Origin: Octopus sinensis
Lineage: Eukaryota
Length of the DNA stretch: 64,000 nucleotides
NCBI RefSeq assembly: GCF_006345805.1
Contig: NC_043000.1
Location: 142,972,001 to 143,036,000 of the forward strand
Direction of reading: 5' to 3'
The position numbers were made by a program, and so were the translations under genes. A model generated the notes under the pieces. The model was not told the DNA's origin. It saw only the letters and a program-made list of their open reading frames with translations, and searched no databases. This document shows positions 38,934 to 53,513 of this stretch, one piece after another (position 1 is the first letter of the stretch; every line of letters starts with the position of its first letter).

Positions 38934-39663
38934 GCCCTGATGCAGTACCAGGTCATGGCTTTCATGGCTTCTGATCTTAACTGATTGGAAGTGTTATCAT
39001 GTACATTGTTTTGTCTTGGATGCCCTGATGCAGTACCAGGCAATGGCTCTCATGGCTCCTGATCTTAATTGATTGGAAGTGTTATCATGTACACTGTTTT
39101 GTCTTGGATGCCCTGATGCAGTACCAGTCAATGGCTCTCATGGCTTCTGATCTTAACTGATTGGAAGTGTTATCATGTACATTGTTTTGTCTTGGTATAA
39201 AAGATGGGCTACAGCAAATATTCTGCTCAATACCACAGATTTGCTTGTCAGTTATTTGACCTTAACCAGTTGAGCATAGCCCTTAGTGGCTGACGATATG
39301 TGCATCTCTGATCACGAGCAGAAGTAGTAGGGGAGCATCATAGCCATGTGTTGAGAAGGATTCTTTGGGGTTTGAATAATTCACCTTTGGAAGCGTGGGT
39401 GTTTTGTTCAACATCTTTAAACAATCCTTATTCAGGGTCCTTTTGAGTGGGATGGGTCACTTGAGTAGAAGAAAATTCTAACTGGGCCCCACCTGCAAGG
39501 TCATGCGATGTTTATATTGATATGAGATCACTATGTCGCACACAAATGGTTGTGATGCATGTGCCTAATGTACTCTTATCAGACAGGTAGTCATGATGGG
39601 TATACTGAGCTTCATATATTTTACTCCAGTGTCACTTTGATGGTATGCACTGCTCTCTCACTC
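38932..39663 (+). mobile_element. Interspersed element embedded in (TAA)n, starting with three tandem 88-bp units
   Basis: atgccctgatgcagtacca starts at 38932, 39020 and 39108. (TAA)n flanks both sides. Strand is inferred. Confidence 0.6.
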
Positions 39664-40065
39664 AATAATAGTAATAATAATAATAATAATGATATAAAAT
39701 AATATATACTATCTAACTATATGCTAATAAAAATTATATATTATTATACTTATTGTTATTATGGGAATGGGTATGAAGGATTAAATGTATTTAAATGCCT
39801 TCCAATGCTAAGTCAGGATCCTTTAAATTCTGTGTTCAAATCTCAATGAGGTTGATTTTACCTTTCATCTTTCCGGAGTCAATAAAATTAGTACTAGTTA
39901 AGTACCAGGGTTGATATTTGTAGCTTGCGTCTGCTACATAAATAATACTTATTACACTTATTGCTTACACTTTGCTTAAACTTTGATAAACTTTAATGCT
40001 TATATCATAAAAAATTTTTTAAATAATATTATGCTATACATATACATATATATATATATATATAT

Positions 40066-40278
40066 AAAGTTAATCCAAACAAGAAAACACAAAAAGACAC
40101 AACAACGCGAGGACGTGGAACAAATATAGTATTATTGGACGCTCAGGAAAGAAGGAAAGAAGGAGGGTTTAACGTTTCGAGCGGAGCTCTTCGTCGGAAA
40201 CATAGGACAAGGAAAGATCCCGAGAAGGGAAGACAGAGGAAAAAAATTGCCAACGGTACACATGAGGTCACATTTTGT
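40066..40278 (-). mobile_element. Short Penelope-type terminal-repeat fragment inserted in (TA)n
   Basis: A ~210-bp non-simple island between TA tracts that contains a hammerhead core. Confidence 0.55.
40167..40201 (-). ncRNA. Minimal type I hammerhead motif (U4C variant)
   Basis: gttt CCGACGA a gagc-tcc-gctc GAAAC GTT aaac, with palindromic AACGTT stem III. Confidence 0.6.
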
Positions 40279-40283
40279 ATATA

Positions 40284-40320
<37 letters not shown>

Positions 40321-40899
40321 GTGTGTGTGTGTGTGTGTGTATGTGTGTATGTGCATATGTTTATATAAATATGTGTACGCATATGCATATATAATTTAAC
40401 GAAAGAAACGTAAGGGTTAATGAAGGAAGTCATCTGATTGTAAAATATATAGCCTCAATAGTATATTTGTCTAACCCATGAATGATCGCAAAATGAACAT
40501 AGAAACCAAATGAATGAATGTGCATGAGTATGATTGAGTGTGTGAGTGTATACACATGTGTACACACATACACACACACACACAAATTAGTAAAAGTTTT
40601 GAGAGAATGCTCTACACAGAGACAGACTATGTATGACTATTTTTAAAAAATCTAACTCTATTTATATTTATTGATAAACAGATGTTTACCAATATCTAAC
40701 AGCATCTGAAATGTGACATACTTTAATATACCCTGTTATGCTTTCATATTTATCAGAAAAATTTGTAGAGATTTTAACTCAATCTAGAACACCATTAGAA
40801 TCAATCAGAAATAATAGAGCTAACCATACTCTGGTGTCAGTTCAAATAGATCAATATATAATATGTAGCTCTGTATGAATACAGGAAATGAATATTTAT

Positions 40900-40952
<53 letters not shown>

Positions 40953-40986
40953 CCTTCTATCTATCAATCTATATATATATATATAT

Positions 40987-41227
40987 CCATCTATCTCTTA
41001 TGTATCAGTCAATATATATACATATATATATATATAATATATATATATTATATATATATATATATATCCATCTATCTCTTATGTATCAGTCAATATATAT
41101 ACATATATATATTGACTGATACATAAAGAGATAGATGGATATATATATATATATATCCATCTATCTCTTATGTATCAGTCAATATATATACATATATATA
41201 TTGACTGATACATAAAGAGATAGATGG
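40987..41227. repeat. Direct/inverted array of a 27-bp unit (F-F-R-F-R) within (TA)n
   Basis: ccatctatctcttatgtatcagtcaat occurs at 40987, 41068 and 41157. Its reverse complement (+1 nt) occurs at 41111 and 41200. Confidence 0.9.
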
Positions 41228-41819
41228 ATATATATATATATATAGATAGATAGATAGATAGATAGACATGCTCAGACACAGAAAAACAGACAGACACAAA
41301 GACAAATAGATACAGACACAGACACACCCACATTTACATAATAATCTTCATCATCATCATTGTCTATCCTTTTCCATGCTGAGGCATAAATTTCTACAAC
41401 CAGATGCCCTTCCAGATTCCACCTCTCACTTGTTTCAAAACAAGATAAAATTCCACCCCACCATCTATCAAACAAGGGATAACCTGGAAAAGTTTATTTG
41501 GAGAACTAGAAACAAATAATGAATTATTGCATAAGCAGTTCAGTTACAAAAATCACGCAAGATATCAAGAGTGGGAGGATACTTGGATTATGGTTCCACT
41601 GTGGACTGCAAGCAATCAACTCAATTTCTGTGAACAGTGTGGCATTTATTTATAACAACTAAATGCACAAGGAGATAACACAACATACAAATATATGCAT
41701 GCATGTAGACACATGTTAATATATATATATATATATATACCCATGATAGCATGGAACATGAATGTTAAATGATGATGATGATGAAGATGGTGATATATGT
41801 GTGTGCATGTATACTGATA

Positions 41820-42218
41820 TACTCTTTTACGCTTTTACTTGTTTCAGCCATTTGACTGCGGCCATGCTGCAGCACCGCCTTTAGTCGAGCAAATCGACCC
41901 TGGGACTTATTCTTTGTAAGCCCAGTCCTTATTTTATCGGTCTCTTTTGCCGAACCGCTAAGTGACGGGGACGTAAACACACCAGCATTGGTTGTCAAGC
42001 AATACTAGGGGGACAAACACAGACACACAAACACACACACACATATATATACACATATACGACAGGCTTCTTTCAGTTTCTGTCTACCAAATCCACACAC
42101 AAGGCATTGGTCAGCCTGAGGCTATAGCAGAAGACACTTGCCCAAGATGCCATGCAGTGGGACTGAACCTGGAACCATGTGGTTGGTTAGCAAGCTACTT
42201 ACCACACAGCCACTCCTA
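41820..42218 (-). mobile_element. Full-length SINE family B
   Basis: Reverse complement of 23939-24346. Confidence 0.9.
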
Positions 42219-42302
42219 TATATATCAAGTAATTACTATGAAGCATTGAGTAGAATATATTGCATAAAGGATCGTGGGCAAGGTCAGAACAAGGCAAAGT
42301 AA

Positions 42303-42696
42303 ATGCAAGTTAGATCGCAAGAAAACAAATATATGAATTAATGTAGACTTACCTTGTATTCAATATTTCAGGGTTATGACCCATTTTTCAAGAAATTAGT
42401 ATATGTTGCTGATGTGTGTGTGTGTGAGAATGTGTGGAGTGGACATGCACGGAAATGTATTGCTATAGCAACCAACTAGCTTCCTGTAATTCCCTTGAGT
42501 TACAGGAACTACAGGAAGCTAGCTGGTTCCTATAGCAACATCATTCCGCACTTGTCCACTCCATGCACATTCACACACAGGTACGTCAGCAACATTCGTT
42601 AATTTCTTGAAAAATGGGGTCATAACCTCAAAATATTGAATACAAGGAAAGTCTACATTAATTCATATATTTGTTTTCTTGTGATTTACCTTGCAT
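42303..42696. mobile_element. ~390-bp foldback palindrome (MITE-like)
   Basis: The arms pair throughout, e.g. caagaaaacaaatatatgaattaatgtagact / agtctacattaattcatatatttgttttcttg and ctagcttcctgta / tacaggaagctag. The centre is near 42497. Confidence 0.9.
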
Positions 42697-42736
42697 CCAC
42701 ATCACAATATTCTGGCCTTACCCATGATCCTATACA

Positions 42737-42775
<39 letters not shown>

Positions 42776-43383
42776 CATACATATATATATATATATCAGA
42801 CTGGAGCCTGATGCAGCCTCCTGGCTTCCCATACCCCAGTCAAACCGTCCAACCAATGCTAGCATGGAAAACGGACGTTAAATGATGATGATGATGATGA
42901 TGATTATGATGATGATGATGATATATATATATATATACATACATATACACATATACAGATGCAATAGTATTCTTCAGAGTACATGAACAAAATTCATTTG
43001 CAAGATATTGGTCTAGCAGAAGCTGTAGAGCAGGAAACAATCCATTTCTAGAGTATCCTTTGCTTGGCCAAAGACTTTCCAGTAGATTTTGTAGATGAAA
43101 TCTGAAAGAAGCCTGTCATATGTGTGCATGTGAGAAGTCCATTAGTGTCTCATTGTCTTATGTGAAAGTCGTAAATGAATGTTACTGTCATGGAAATTGT
43201 GTCCATCAATTCCAGTCTTCCAGGAAAACATTTCTGGGCATGAAGACATATTACCTTACTTGGAATTAGGTGATGGCTGAGTACAGGAAGGACATAACGC
43301 TGCAACAAATTCATTCCAATCTATATGATCAAGGAAGAGTGAAAGCTAAAATGATGATTTTGGTGACGATGTTGGTATATATG

Positions 43384-43420
<37 letters not shown>

Positions 43421-43558
43421 AAATATATATGTATATATTTGTATGTATATAGATAGATATACATATACACACACATATATATGTATATGCATATAGATAC
43501 ATATACATATATATGTATATACATATATATATATGTATATATATATTATATATATATA

Positions 43559-43610
<52 letters not shown>

Positions 43611-44213
43611 TATTATATTAGAGGCAAGGCATAAATTGTGATCATTACATTTTAATTTATTGCAGAAAATTTGACTTAAAGTTGTTTAGGTTACTGGAGA
43701 CAGCTGTAAGTCAATTTTACTACAATAATATAATAAGTAAGGACCATCATTCTAGCTTTGTCTTGTATATCATTCCTAGTAAATCACCTTTATTATCTGA
43801 AGCACAACCATGGATTTACAATACAAAATGATGATGAAATATAACTTCAGACCCTGCAATAGGTATATGCAAAGTTCTTTATTGATGAAAACAATATTGT
43901 TAGCCTTGTGTCCTAGCAGAGTGCTTATAAACTATTTTGCCTGAATTGATAATTCCTCACTAATAACTATATATATATATATGTGTGTGTGTGTGTATAT
44001 ATATATATATACATATATACATTTACACCTGTGTCAACTTCATTTATTAATTCATATATTATTCAAAATATTCCACGTAAACACGAAGTTTCTTCCTTTA
44101 TAAACAAGGAGTTACATCATCTTTACTTATGAGATTTTTGCTACCCTGGTGACTATTTATTTATTTTTTCCGTGTTAATTGTTAACAAGGTAAAAATACA
44201 CTCATCTATTTAC

Positions 44214-44271
<58 letters not shown>

Positions 44272-44335
44272 TTTTTGCGCAATGAGATAAAAAAAACCAA
44301 AGCTGTATAGATATCAGAGCATTTATAGATAGAAG

Positions 44336-44390
44336 GTCTTACAGCTGTTTCTAGAATATTTATTGATAATAATATCCCTTCATCGGAGAC
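44336..44390 (-). ncRNA. Type I hammerhead motif (U4C variant) in a ~550-bp island (44268-44815) between microsatellites
   Basis: gtct CCGATGA a gggatatt-attatcaata-aatattct a GAAAC agct GTA agac, with palindromic ACAGCTGT stem III and a GUA triplet. Confidence 0.6.
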
Positions 44391-44814
44391 GGTGTGAGAG
44401 GAAACAATTAAGTCATAGTTAGTTATATATGTTGGAATTGTTATTGGCATTCTGTCAAATGTATCTCCACTGTAATAGCTTAGGGTTCAATGGCCAACAG
44501 CTCTTTAATACTTTGCTAAACAAAGTAAGAAAGCTACATACACTATGTGGATGTTTTTATAAAAGCAATTGCAGAGTCTACTATCCATGAAACCAGATGA
44601 GCCAAGATCATCACAGAAATTACTGATGAGCAAAACAGTGTCAACTCCCTCATGCACCAAGTATGACAAAGACGAGGAAAAAAGCCCATGCAAGGACAGT
44701 GATATGAAACCCCATCACTCAGAAGAAAATGACCACATAAATGGGCTGTGAAAGGGTACAGAATCTTGGTGGTACTCTATCAAGTCTGAAGCAGCAGGGC
44801 CAAAACTTATAAAA

Positions 44815-46430
<1,616 letters not shown>

Positions 46431-46559
46431 CTGTGCTGTTGCAAGTATATGCACCAAACAGTAAGACCAAATACAAAACTTTCTTTGATGAAATCACTAC
46501 AGCTTTAGAGATAGTTATGACTGAGTTGTTTGTCCTATAAAAAAAAAGAGACATTAACG

Positions 46560-47460
46560 CTCATATTGGCAGTGATCACCTGACAAGGAAAGTAGTAACT
46601 GGTGGGAATGGTGCCCCCCCCAATCTTAATGCAGTAGGAGAGGCCTCACTAAACTTTTGTGCTGGAAATAAGCTCTCTGTTATGAACACCTTCTTCCAAC
46701 ATAGGGTTATCTTTAAGTACACCTGTATTGGGAATCTTTGGTACAGATATCACTGAAAGAGTTTGTTATTGTGTTGGACATTTTTTTAAATTCTGTGTGG
46801 TAAGTGTTCATATTACAAGAAGCTGAGCTATCAAAGTATTACCATCTACTTCTCTGGAATCTGAAACTATTTGCAAAACACCAAGGTACAATAAGTTGTA
46901 GCAAAATGGTAAAACATGTCCAAAGTTAAGCTATGGTGAAACTTTGAGGTTAATATGGGGTCTGACCTTTAAGTTAAACAATTAAGTGTCCTGGCAGATG
47001 ATCCATTAAATTCATAGCAAGATGCACTCTTCCACGCCTAATATTAAGAATTAAGCTGGACTTCTTCTCTCTTCAGAGAAGAGCAATGTTAGGAGGCATC
47101 TAGTCTCAAATCTTTTGGTGAACATAAGATGCAGCTAGTGACAGAGATTAACCTCACAGAGGCTGAAGTCATAAGATCAGTCAGAACACTGAAATATGGC
47201 AAGACCACTAGGGAAGAAAAAATTGGTTCCAAGATGTTAAAAGTCTTAAATAGAGAGGTAGTCTGTGGATGGCTCATATATGTCAAGTGACTTGGACCTC
47301 TGGATATACACCAAAGGAATGGCGATCCAGAGTAGCAATTCCAAGTTTTGTAAAGCCAGACAAGAAACAGTATTCATTTTATGGAAGAATATTCTGGTTG
47401 AACATTCCCAAAAGATGTAGGAATATTGTTGAATCCAAGGTAGATGAAGAATAGTGTATT
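46560..47460 (+). pseudogene. Decayed RTE-type LINE (end of APE domain and start of RT)
   Basis: LNAVGEASLNFCAGNKLSVMNTFFQHRVIFKYT, LTEAEVIRSVRTLKYGKTTREEKIGSKMLKVL and TWTSGYTPKEWRSRVAIP. Internal deletions are present. Confidence 0.75.
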
Positions 47461-48585
47461 TATACATAAATAAATATATATTCCAACTACCAAACAGACT
47501 CACAAGAATTATAGAATCATAGCTAGCCTGATTCTATAATTGAAGTTACCCAGAAATTTCTGCACACTTTTAGATACCTGTGAAGTGAACTTCTGAGCTA
47601 TAGGAATGCTAGAGATCATTTTCATAATATTTTGGTGTAGATTTTCATATGTATAACTCTATGTTATGAAGTGTAATGAAGGTGCAAGCAATGTTCTCAA
47701 GAGAATGTAAATGAAAACAAATAAAAGGTGTTTTTACAACTATGACTGCCATCAGTGTTTTTTTTGTATTATTTTTTACTCCTGTATTTATTTTATCTAT
47801 TGTCAAAATACCTAATCATTATTACAGTCACTACAAAGTAGTCAAAGTAATAGCAACCAGCAAATGTGTGAGTGAGTGTGTGTGTGCATGTGTGTACATG
47901 TGTGTTTGTGTGTGTTTATCAGTATTTATATTTTATGACTCCCATAGTAGGCAGAACATTTATAGATAAAAAAAACATATGATACATTTTACTGCACATG
48001 TCTTCAGATATAAGAAATTTACTGAAGATATCTTGAAGCCTTGATTTCTGTCTAAAATTATCAAATCTCCATTGAATTATAAATGTTCTTCCAGCAAGTT
48101 CTTACACTGATAGGTCACTGAATGTATTTATGTCTTCCAAAAGATTTTTTGACATCCATTAATTTGTCATGAGAAGCATCTCATGGGACCAAAGTGGGGA
48201 TTTATGGATACACTCCATCCATCTCCACTATTGCTGCTCAACACAAGTTTGCTTTTGATGACTTATCATGTTGAACATCAGTCTATAGTAGATGTACTAT
48301 TTTCGAGTTTCCACGTCCTAACAGAAGATGAAGGCAACTCAATAATATTTATGCTATCTGCACACACACACAACATGAAATTGAGGACCTAACAAAACTA
48401 ATAGAAGAAAGAGATACCTGGCATGACATGGTTAAATGCATTTTAATTGTAGTTACCTAAAGAAGAAGAATTTTTCATCTGACAATTTTTAACTATCATT
48501 AACTTAAACAGTCATCTACTAATTTTATGTCATTTGTCATATTGCTACAAGTGTTTGTATTTCTGAATTATATTTCTGTGAGATG

Positions 48586-48920
48586 GGAAGGCACATAGCT
48601 CAGTCGTTAAAGCATTGTGCTCACAATCATGTGGTAGTGAGTTCAATTCCTGGACTGGACTGTGCTGTGTTGTTTTCTTAAGCAAGACATTTCATTTCAT
48701 GTTGCTCCAGTTCACTCGCCTGTCGAAATGAGTTGTGACATCACTAGTGCCAATTTGTATTGGTCTTTACCTTTCTCTTGGGCAACATCAGTTGCATGGA
48801 GAAGGGAGGGTGGTTTGCATGGACAACAGTGAGTCTTCCATAAATAACCTTGCTCAAACTTGTGTCACAGTGGGGAACTTTCTAGATGCAATCTCATGGT
48901 CATTCATGGCGAGAAGGAGT
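48586..48920 (+). mobile_element. Diverged tRNA-derived SINE
   Basis: tagctcagtcg (A box), gagttcaattcc (B box), then an agcaagaca..tgctccagttcactc..aaatgagt conserved-type central block. Confidence 0.65.
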
Positions 48921-50247
48921 CTTTCTATGATATGTTGATCTGAAGCCATGTATTGAAAATAAAGTAATTATACTGTGATAGAAACATTTTAGTTACTTGG
49001 TTACACTGGGGCCATAAAAATTCTGACATGTCACAAAATAAAAGGAAACTGAATTTAACAATTTTGTCTATATTTAAAAGATTAAAATTAATCTTCCATG
49101 ATATAATTGCTTAAACATTTGCACCAAATATTTTTTTTTAGAGTCCTCATGTTATTTCCAAAGGTTTATTGCACATGAATCATTCCAAAGCTAACTTTAA
49201 TTGCTATAACAGAAATATCAAATATGTATGAAATATTTGATGTAATATTTATATCTATATGTATATGTGTATGAATGTATGTATGTATGTGTATGTATAC
49301 AACAGGTTGTACTGGGTTACATGTTACCTATATCACTAATAGCAACCTCTCATGCAGTCTATGCAACAAAGTGTGTAGGTTAGCTAGTGAACTCACTCAG
49401 TATTATAAATCCGAGCATCTAGATTGTCAGGCTGCCCCAAGAAAACCAAGTTGTTATCAATATGGAATGACTCGTAAGTCCCCTGCAGGCCTTAAGAATC
49501 ATATGAGATGTCATCAGTAATAAGGAAGTATTTCTTAAGAATGAAATGATTTTAATAAATGGTCTTATTCAGTCACAAGTCAACTTCTACCATAAATATG
49601 TATAATTGATTACTTTAGAGAGGCAGAGTGGTATATTTTACTTATGAGAAAGAAATCAGGTATTCGTGTCATGCATAAATATTTTCATATAAGTTTCTGG
49701 TTATGCTTCATTGCACTTATAAATCTGTTAGAATATATATTCATTCCTGTTTCCACAAATGCATATCAATAGATGATAATAATGCTGATGATGATAATGA
49801 AAAAAATGAAAAAAATGCAGATCTAATACAATAATTGGAAATGATTTCTGGATAATGTTCAGCTAATAGTATATGTAAAGAGCTTACGTTAAATAAATGA
49901 TATTTTGAGTATTTTAAAACTTTTCCAACATTCAATTTTTAAAGACCAAAACCAGGTGAGCAAACTTGAAAGCTAATGGCAGTGTATTCCGTATTTTAGG
50001 ACCATAGTTTTCCACACATTTTTTCTTAATATCACTCCAATAATGTATTGACTAGCATGAATGGCTTCTAGAAAATTCTCAGCTGTTATGTAATGTAAGC
50101 AGCCAAACCATTTGTATTCTTGAAAATCAGTACTATGTCCTTTTATAGGGTACCTACGTAAGTTGGCCAGTTTAAGAATATTCCTTCATAATGATAAGCC
50201 AATCAATAAACAGAACCTTGAGAGTTTCATAATTTGTTACTAGGTTT

Positions 50248-50675
50248 ATTTTGTTGTAAGTTTGGTGGGTTATTATGCCAATTAAATGCACTGGTTCCAT
50301 TTCACTTCTTTAATTTTTTTTTCCTCAGTTGGAAACAATTAACTAATGAATTATTTCATTAATCATTCAGTTAATCAGCCAATCAGCTAGGTTTATCAAA
50401 GTTTATACATCACAATTAATGATCTCACCAATGACATGCCTTTGCTATGCCAAGTCTACTTTAGGTTTGTCTCTAAAATAGAGAGGTCATATCACTGATG
50501 AGGTGGTAAATAGTGATGAAAGGACTTTGACAAATCTAATTGATTGATTGATTGACCAACTGATTAGTTGGTAGGTTAAATAGTTAACCAATTCACAGAT
50601 AAAAATAAAGAAGTGAAATAGAGCCAGCCTGCATGTTTTTTACTGGCACAATGACCTTCCCAAAACACAACAATA
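50248..50675. repeat. Old, diverged ~430-bp foldback palindrome
   Basis: ctggttccatttcacttcttta pairs with taaagaagtgaaatagagccag, and aggtttatcaaagt with actttgacaaatct. The centre is ctactttag..ctaaaatag (~50457-50481). Confidence 0.7.
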
Positions 50676-51429
50676 TACGTTTTGACACATGAGTTCACAT
50701 CAAACTTCTTGCTAACCATATACATAAACGATGTAATTTTTTATATTTATCACAATAGACTGAGCAAAAGTATTCTCAGTTTTAAAGTTAATCCAATCCA
50801 TTGACAAGAGATTTTCCAAATTTTTTTCGTTTTTTTTTCCTGAATTTTCTGGAATATATGGTATTTTAAAAACTGAAATAGCATTCATGTTCCCATGATA
50901 GCCATCATTTATACAAATGGCTATACAGTTAACTATAATCATGCAGTTATGTGTCATTTCTTTTAACCAAGAGATATTACTATATAGATTGTAACCACAC
51001 TTTAGCTGCTAGGTATTATGAAAGTAAGTGAAAAATGTTGACCTTTAGAAAGACATTACCTCCCTGAAGATACTTTTATTCAAAATAATTATGTTTTCAA
51101 TATGATTAAAGTTAACATCAAAAGAAACGTGAAAATATGCTTGAAGATTTAAAAGCACCAATGCTTTAGTAACTAATTCATCCCCAAAGAATAGCTGTAG
51201 AATATTAAGTTGTTAATACTTCAATACAACTGCATCAGACATTTATAACTAAACATTCTTTATATATAAATCTTATGAATCTACATATCAATGCTAGCTT
51301 TCATCTATGTTGTTTCAAAGAATAAATACCTTCATAAATGCATGATATAAAAGATAATACACACACTAATACACGTACACTTGGGTATGTGTATGCATGT
51401 GTGTTTATGTGTGTGTGTGAGTGTGTGTG

Positions 51430-52000
51430 TGTGTATGAATGTATGCAGACAAATATGTATACATGTGTGCATATATGTATGTATATATATGCGTGTGTGT
51501 ATGTGTGTGTGTGGATATAGATAGATAGATAAATATAGATATATAGATATATAGATTTATATGCACATTTATATATTCATATATACATAATATATATAGA
51601 TATAGTCACGTGTGCGTGTATGTGTGTGAGTATGTGTGTGTATGAATGTATACAGACAAATATGTATACATGTGTGTACACACACACACACATATATATA
51701 TGTATGTGTGTGTGTGTGTGTGTGGATATAGATAGATATATAGATTTATATGCACAGGCATATATTCATATATACATAATATATATAGATACGTTCACGT
51801 GTGTGTGTGTGTATGAATGTATGCAGACAAATATGTATACGTGTGTACACACACACACGCACATATATATATATATGTGTGTGTATGTGTGTGGGGATAT
51901 AGATACATAGATAAATATAGATATATAGATATATAGATTTATATGCACATACATATATTCATATATACATAATATATATAGGTATATTCACGTGTGTGTG
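51430..52000. repeat. Three tandem copies of a 170-210-bp microsatellite-rich unit
   Basis: gtgtatgaatgtat.cagacaaatatgtatac occurs at ~51431, ~51638 and ~51809. tagatttatatgcaca..attcatatatacataatatatatag recurs three times. Confidence 0.85.
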
Positions 52001-52842
52001 TGGTGTGTGTGTGTGTGTGTGCATGTATGTAAATGAGATAAATATATGTAAAAACATTTTGAGCAATGCAGATGAAGAGTTAAGTAAAAGATGAATGAGT
52101 GAAAACAAAACAAGGAGGAAAGATATAGTTTTACCTGACATAGTTTGTTTAATGATCCTATTATATTGCAGGAAAAACTTCCCCTTTCAAATTAATGAAA
52201 GAAAAATAATCAAAGAATTCGGAAAAGAAATGTGTTCCTATCAGCCAACCAGTTGATAACAACACAAAAAGCTGAAAAATCATTAACATTAGTTTATATT
52301 CGAAAATGTAGATGGTGTTTGGCATTAACTTATACATCTTAAATTTTACTGGCTATGGGAATTTACATATATTTTGTACCTGTTAACTCCTATTCGATAT
52401 AATACCCCTTTATTCTTCAACTATGGTTATATTTAAGTGGCAACCCTGGCTGTGGTACACATTTAGTTTTGTTTATATGTAAGTGTTTGTAGAATAGAAT
52501 TATGTATAAGATGCGCATATTTTTTCCTGTGTATTTGTTTGGTTGATTTAATTCATACAAATTCATTCGATCAGTTCTAGATATAATTTAAGAATATCAT
52601 ATTATCTTATTATATATAATCATAGACTCCCAGCTCTCTCCTTAGTCTTTCCTTTCTTTTCAGTGTTGCGTCTTCCTCCACCCAGTTTCTTTATTTGATA
52701 TCAGTGAGTATTAATTTAATCAAAATACTCATTTCCATATTATTGTATGAACTTGTTAGTGAGCTTCAACTTTATAACTTGTAAAGCAAATTTTATTGTT
52801 TACATTAATTGGTTCAATTGGTTATCTGTGAAGATTGCTTAA

Positions 52843-53043
52843 CCCTTTCATAACTATATTTCTATTGAAACACAGCCTTCATTTCAATTCATTTGAAAAA
52901 TAATGAAGAATTTACTAAACATTATCTGATGATTTGAATGTAAATTAACACAGAATTTGGAGGAAAAGTTTAATTTAGAACACTTCATAAGGAAGTGGGT
53001 ATCAGAATAAAAGACGGTCTTATGCAGGTTTGTATGAAAATGG
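52843..53043. mobile_element. piggyBac-type MITE related to 15775-15995
   Basis: Termini are ttaa|ccctttcata..tatgaaaatgg|ttga, with a shared internal aagaattta.taaa..ttgg.ggaa.a.tttaatt. Confidence 0.65.
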
Positions 53044-53082
53044 TTGAGGGTTCATAACTAAAAATATTTAAGGTTTGATTTT

Positions 53083-53513
53083 CTTTACTTGTTTTCAGTC
53101 ATTTGACTGTGGCCATGCTGGAGCACCACCTTTAGTCGAGCAAATCGACCCCAGGAGTTATTCTTTGTAAGCCTAGTACTTATTCTATCGGTCTCTTTTG
53201 CCGAACCTCTAAGTTATGGGGGATGTAATCACACCAGCATCGGTTGTCAAGTGATGTTGGGGGGGACAAACACAGACACACAAACACACACATACAGACA
53301 CATACATATATATATACATACATATATATATATATACATATGCATATATACGATGGGCTTCTTTCAGTTTCCCTCTACCAAATCCACTCACAAGGCTTTG
53401 GTTAGCCTGAGGCTACAGTAGAAGACACTTGCCCAAGGTGCCACGCAGTGGGACTGAACCCAGAACCATGTGGTTGGTAAGCAAGATACCCACCACACAG
53501 CCACTCCTACGCC
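53083..53513 (-). mobile_element. Full-length SINE family B
   Basis: Reverse complement of 23939-24346. Confidence 0.9.

Noticed and set aside
38932-39195. CRISPR-like regular repeats
   Set aside because: Contiguous 88-bp tandem units without unique spacers, in a eukaryotic context.
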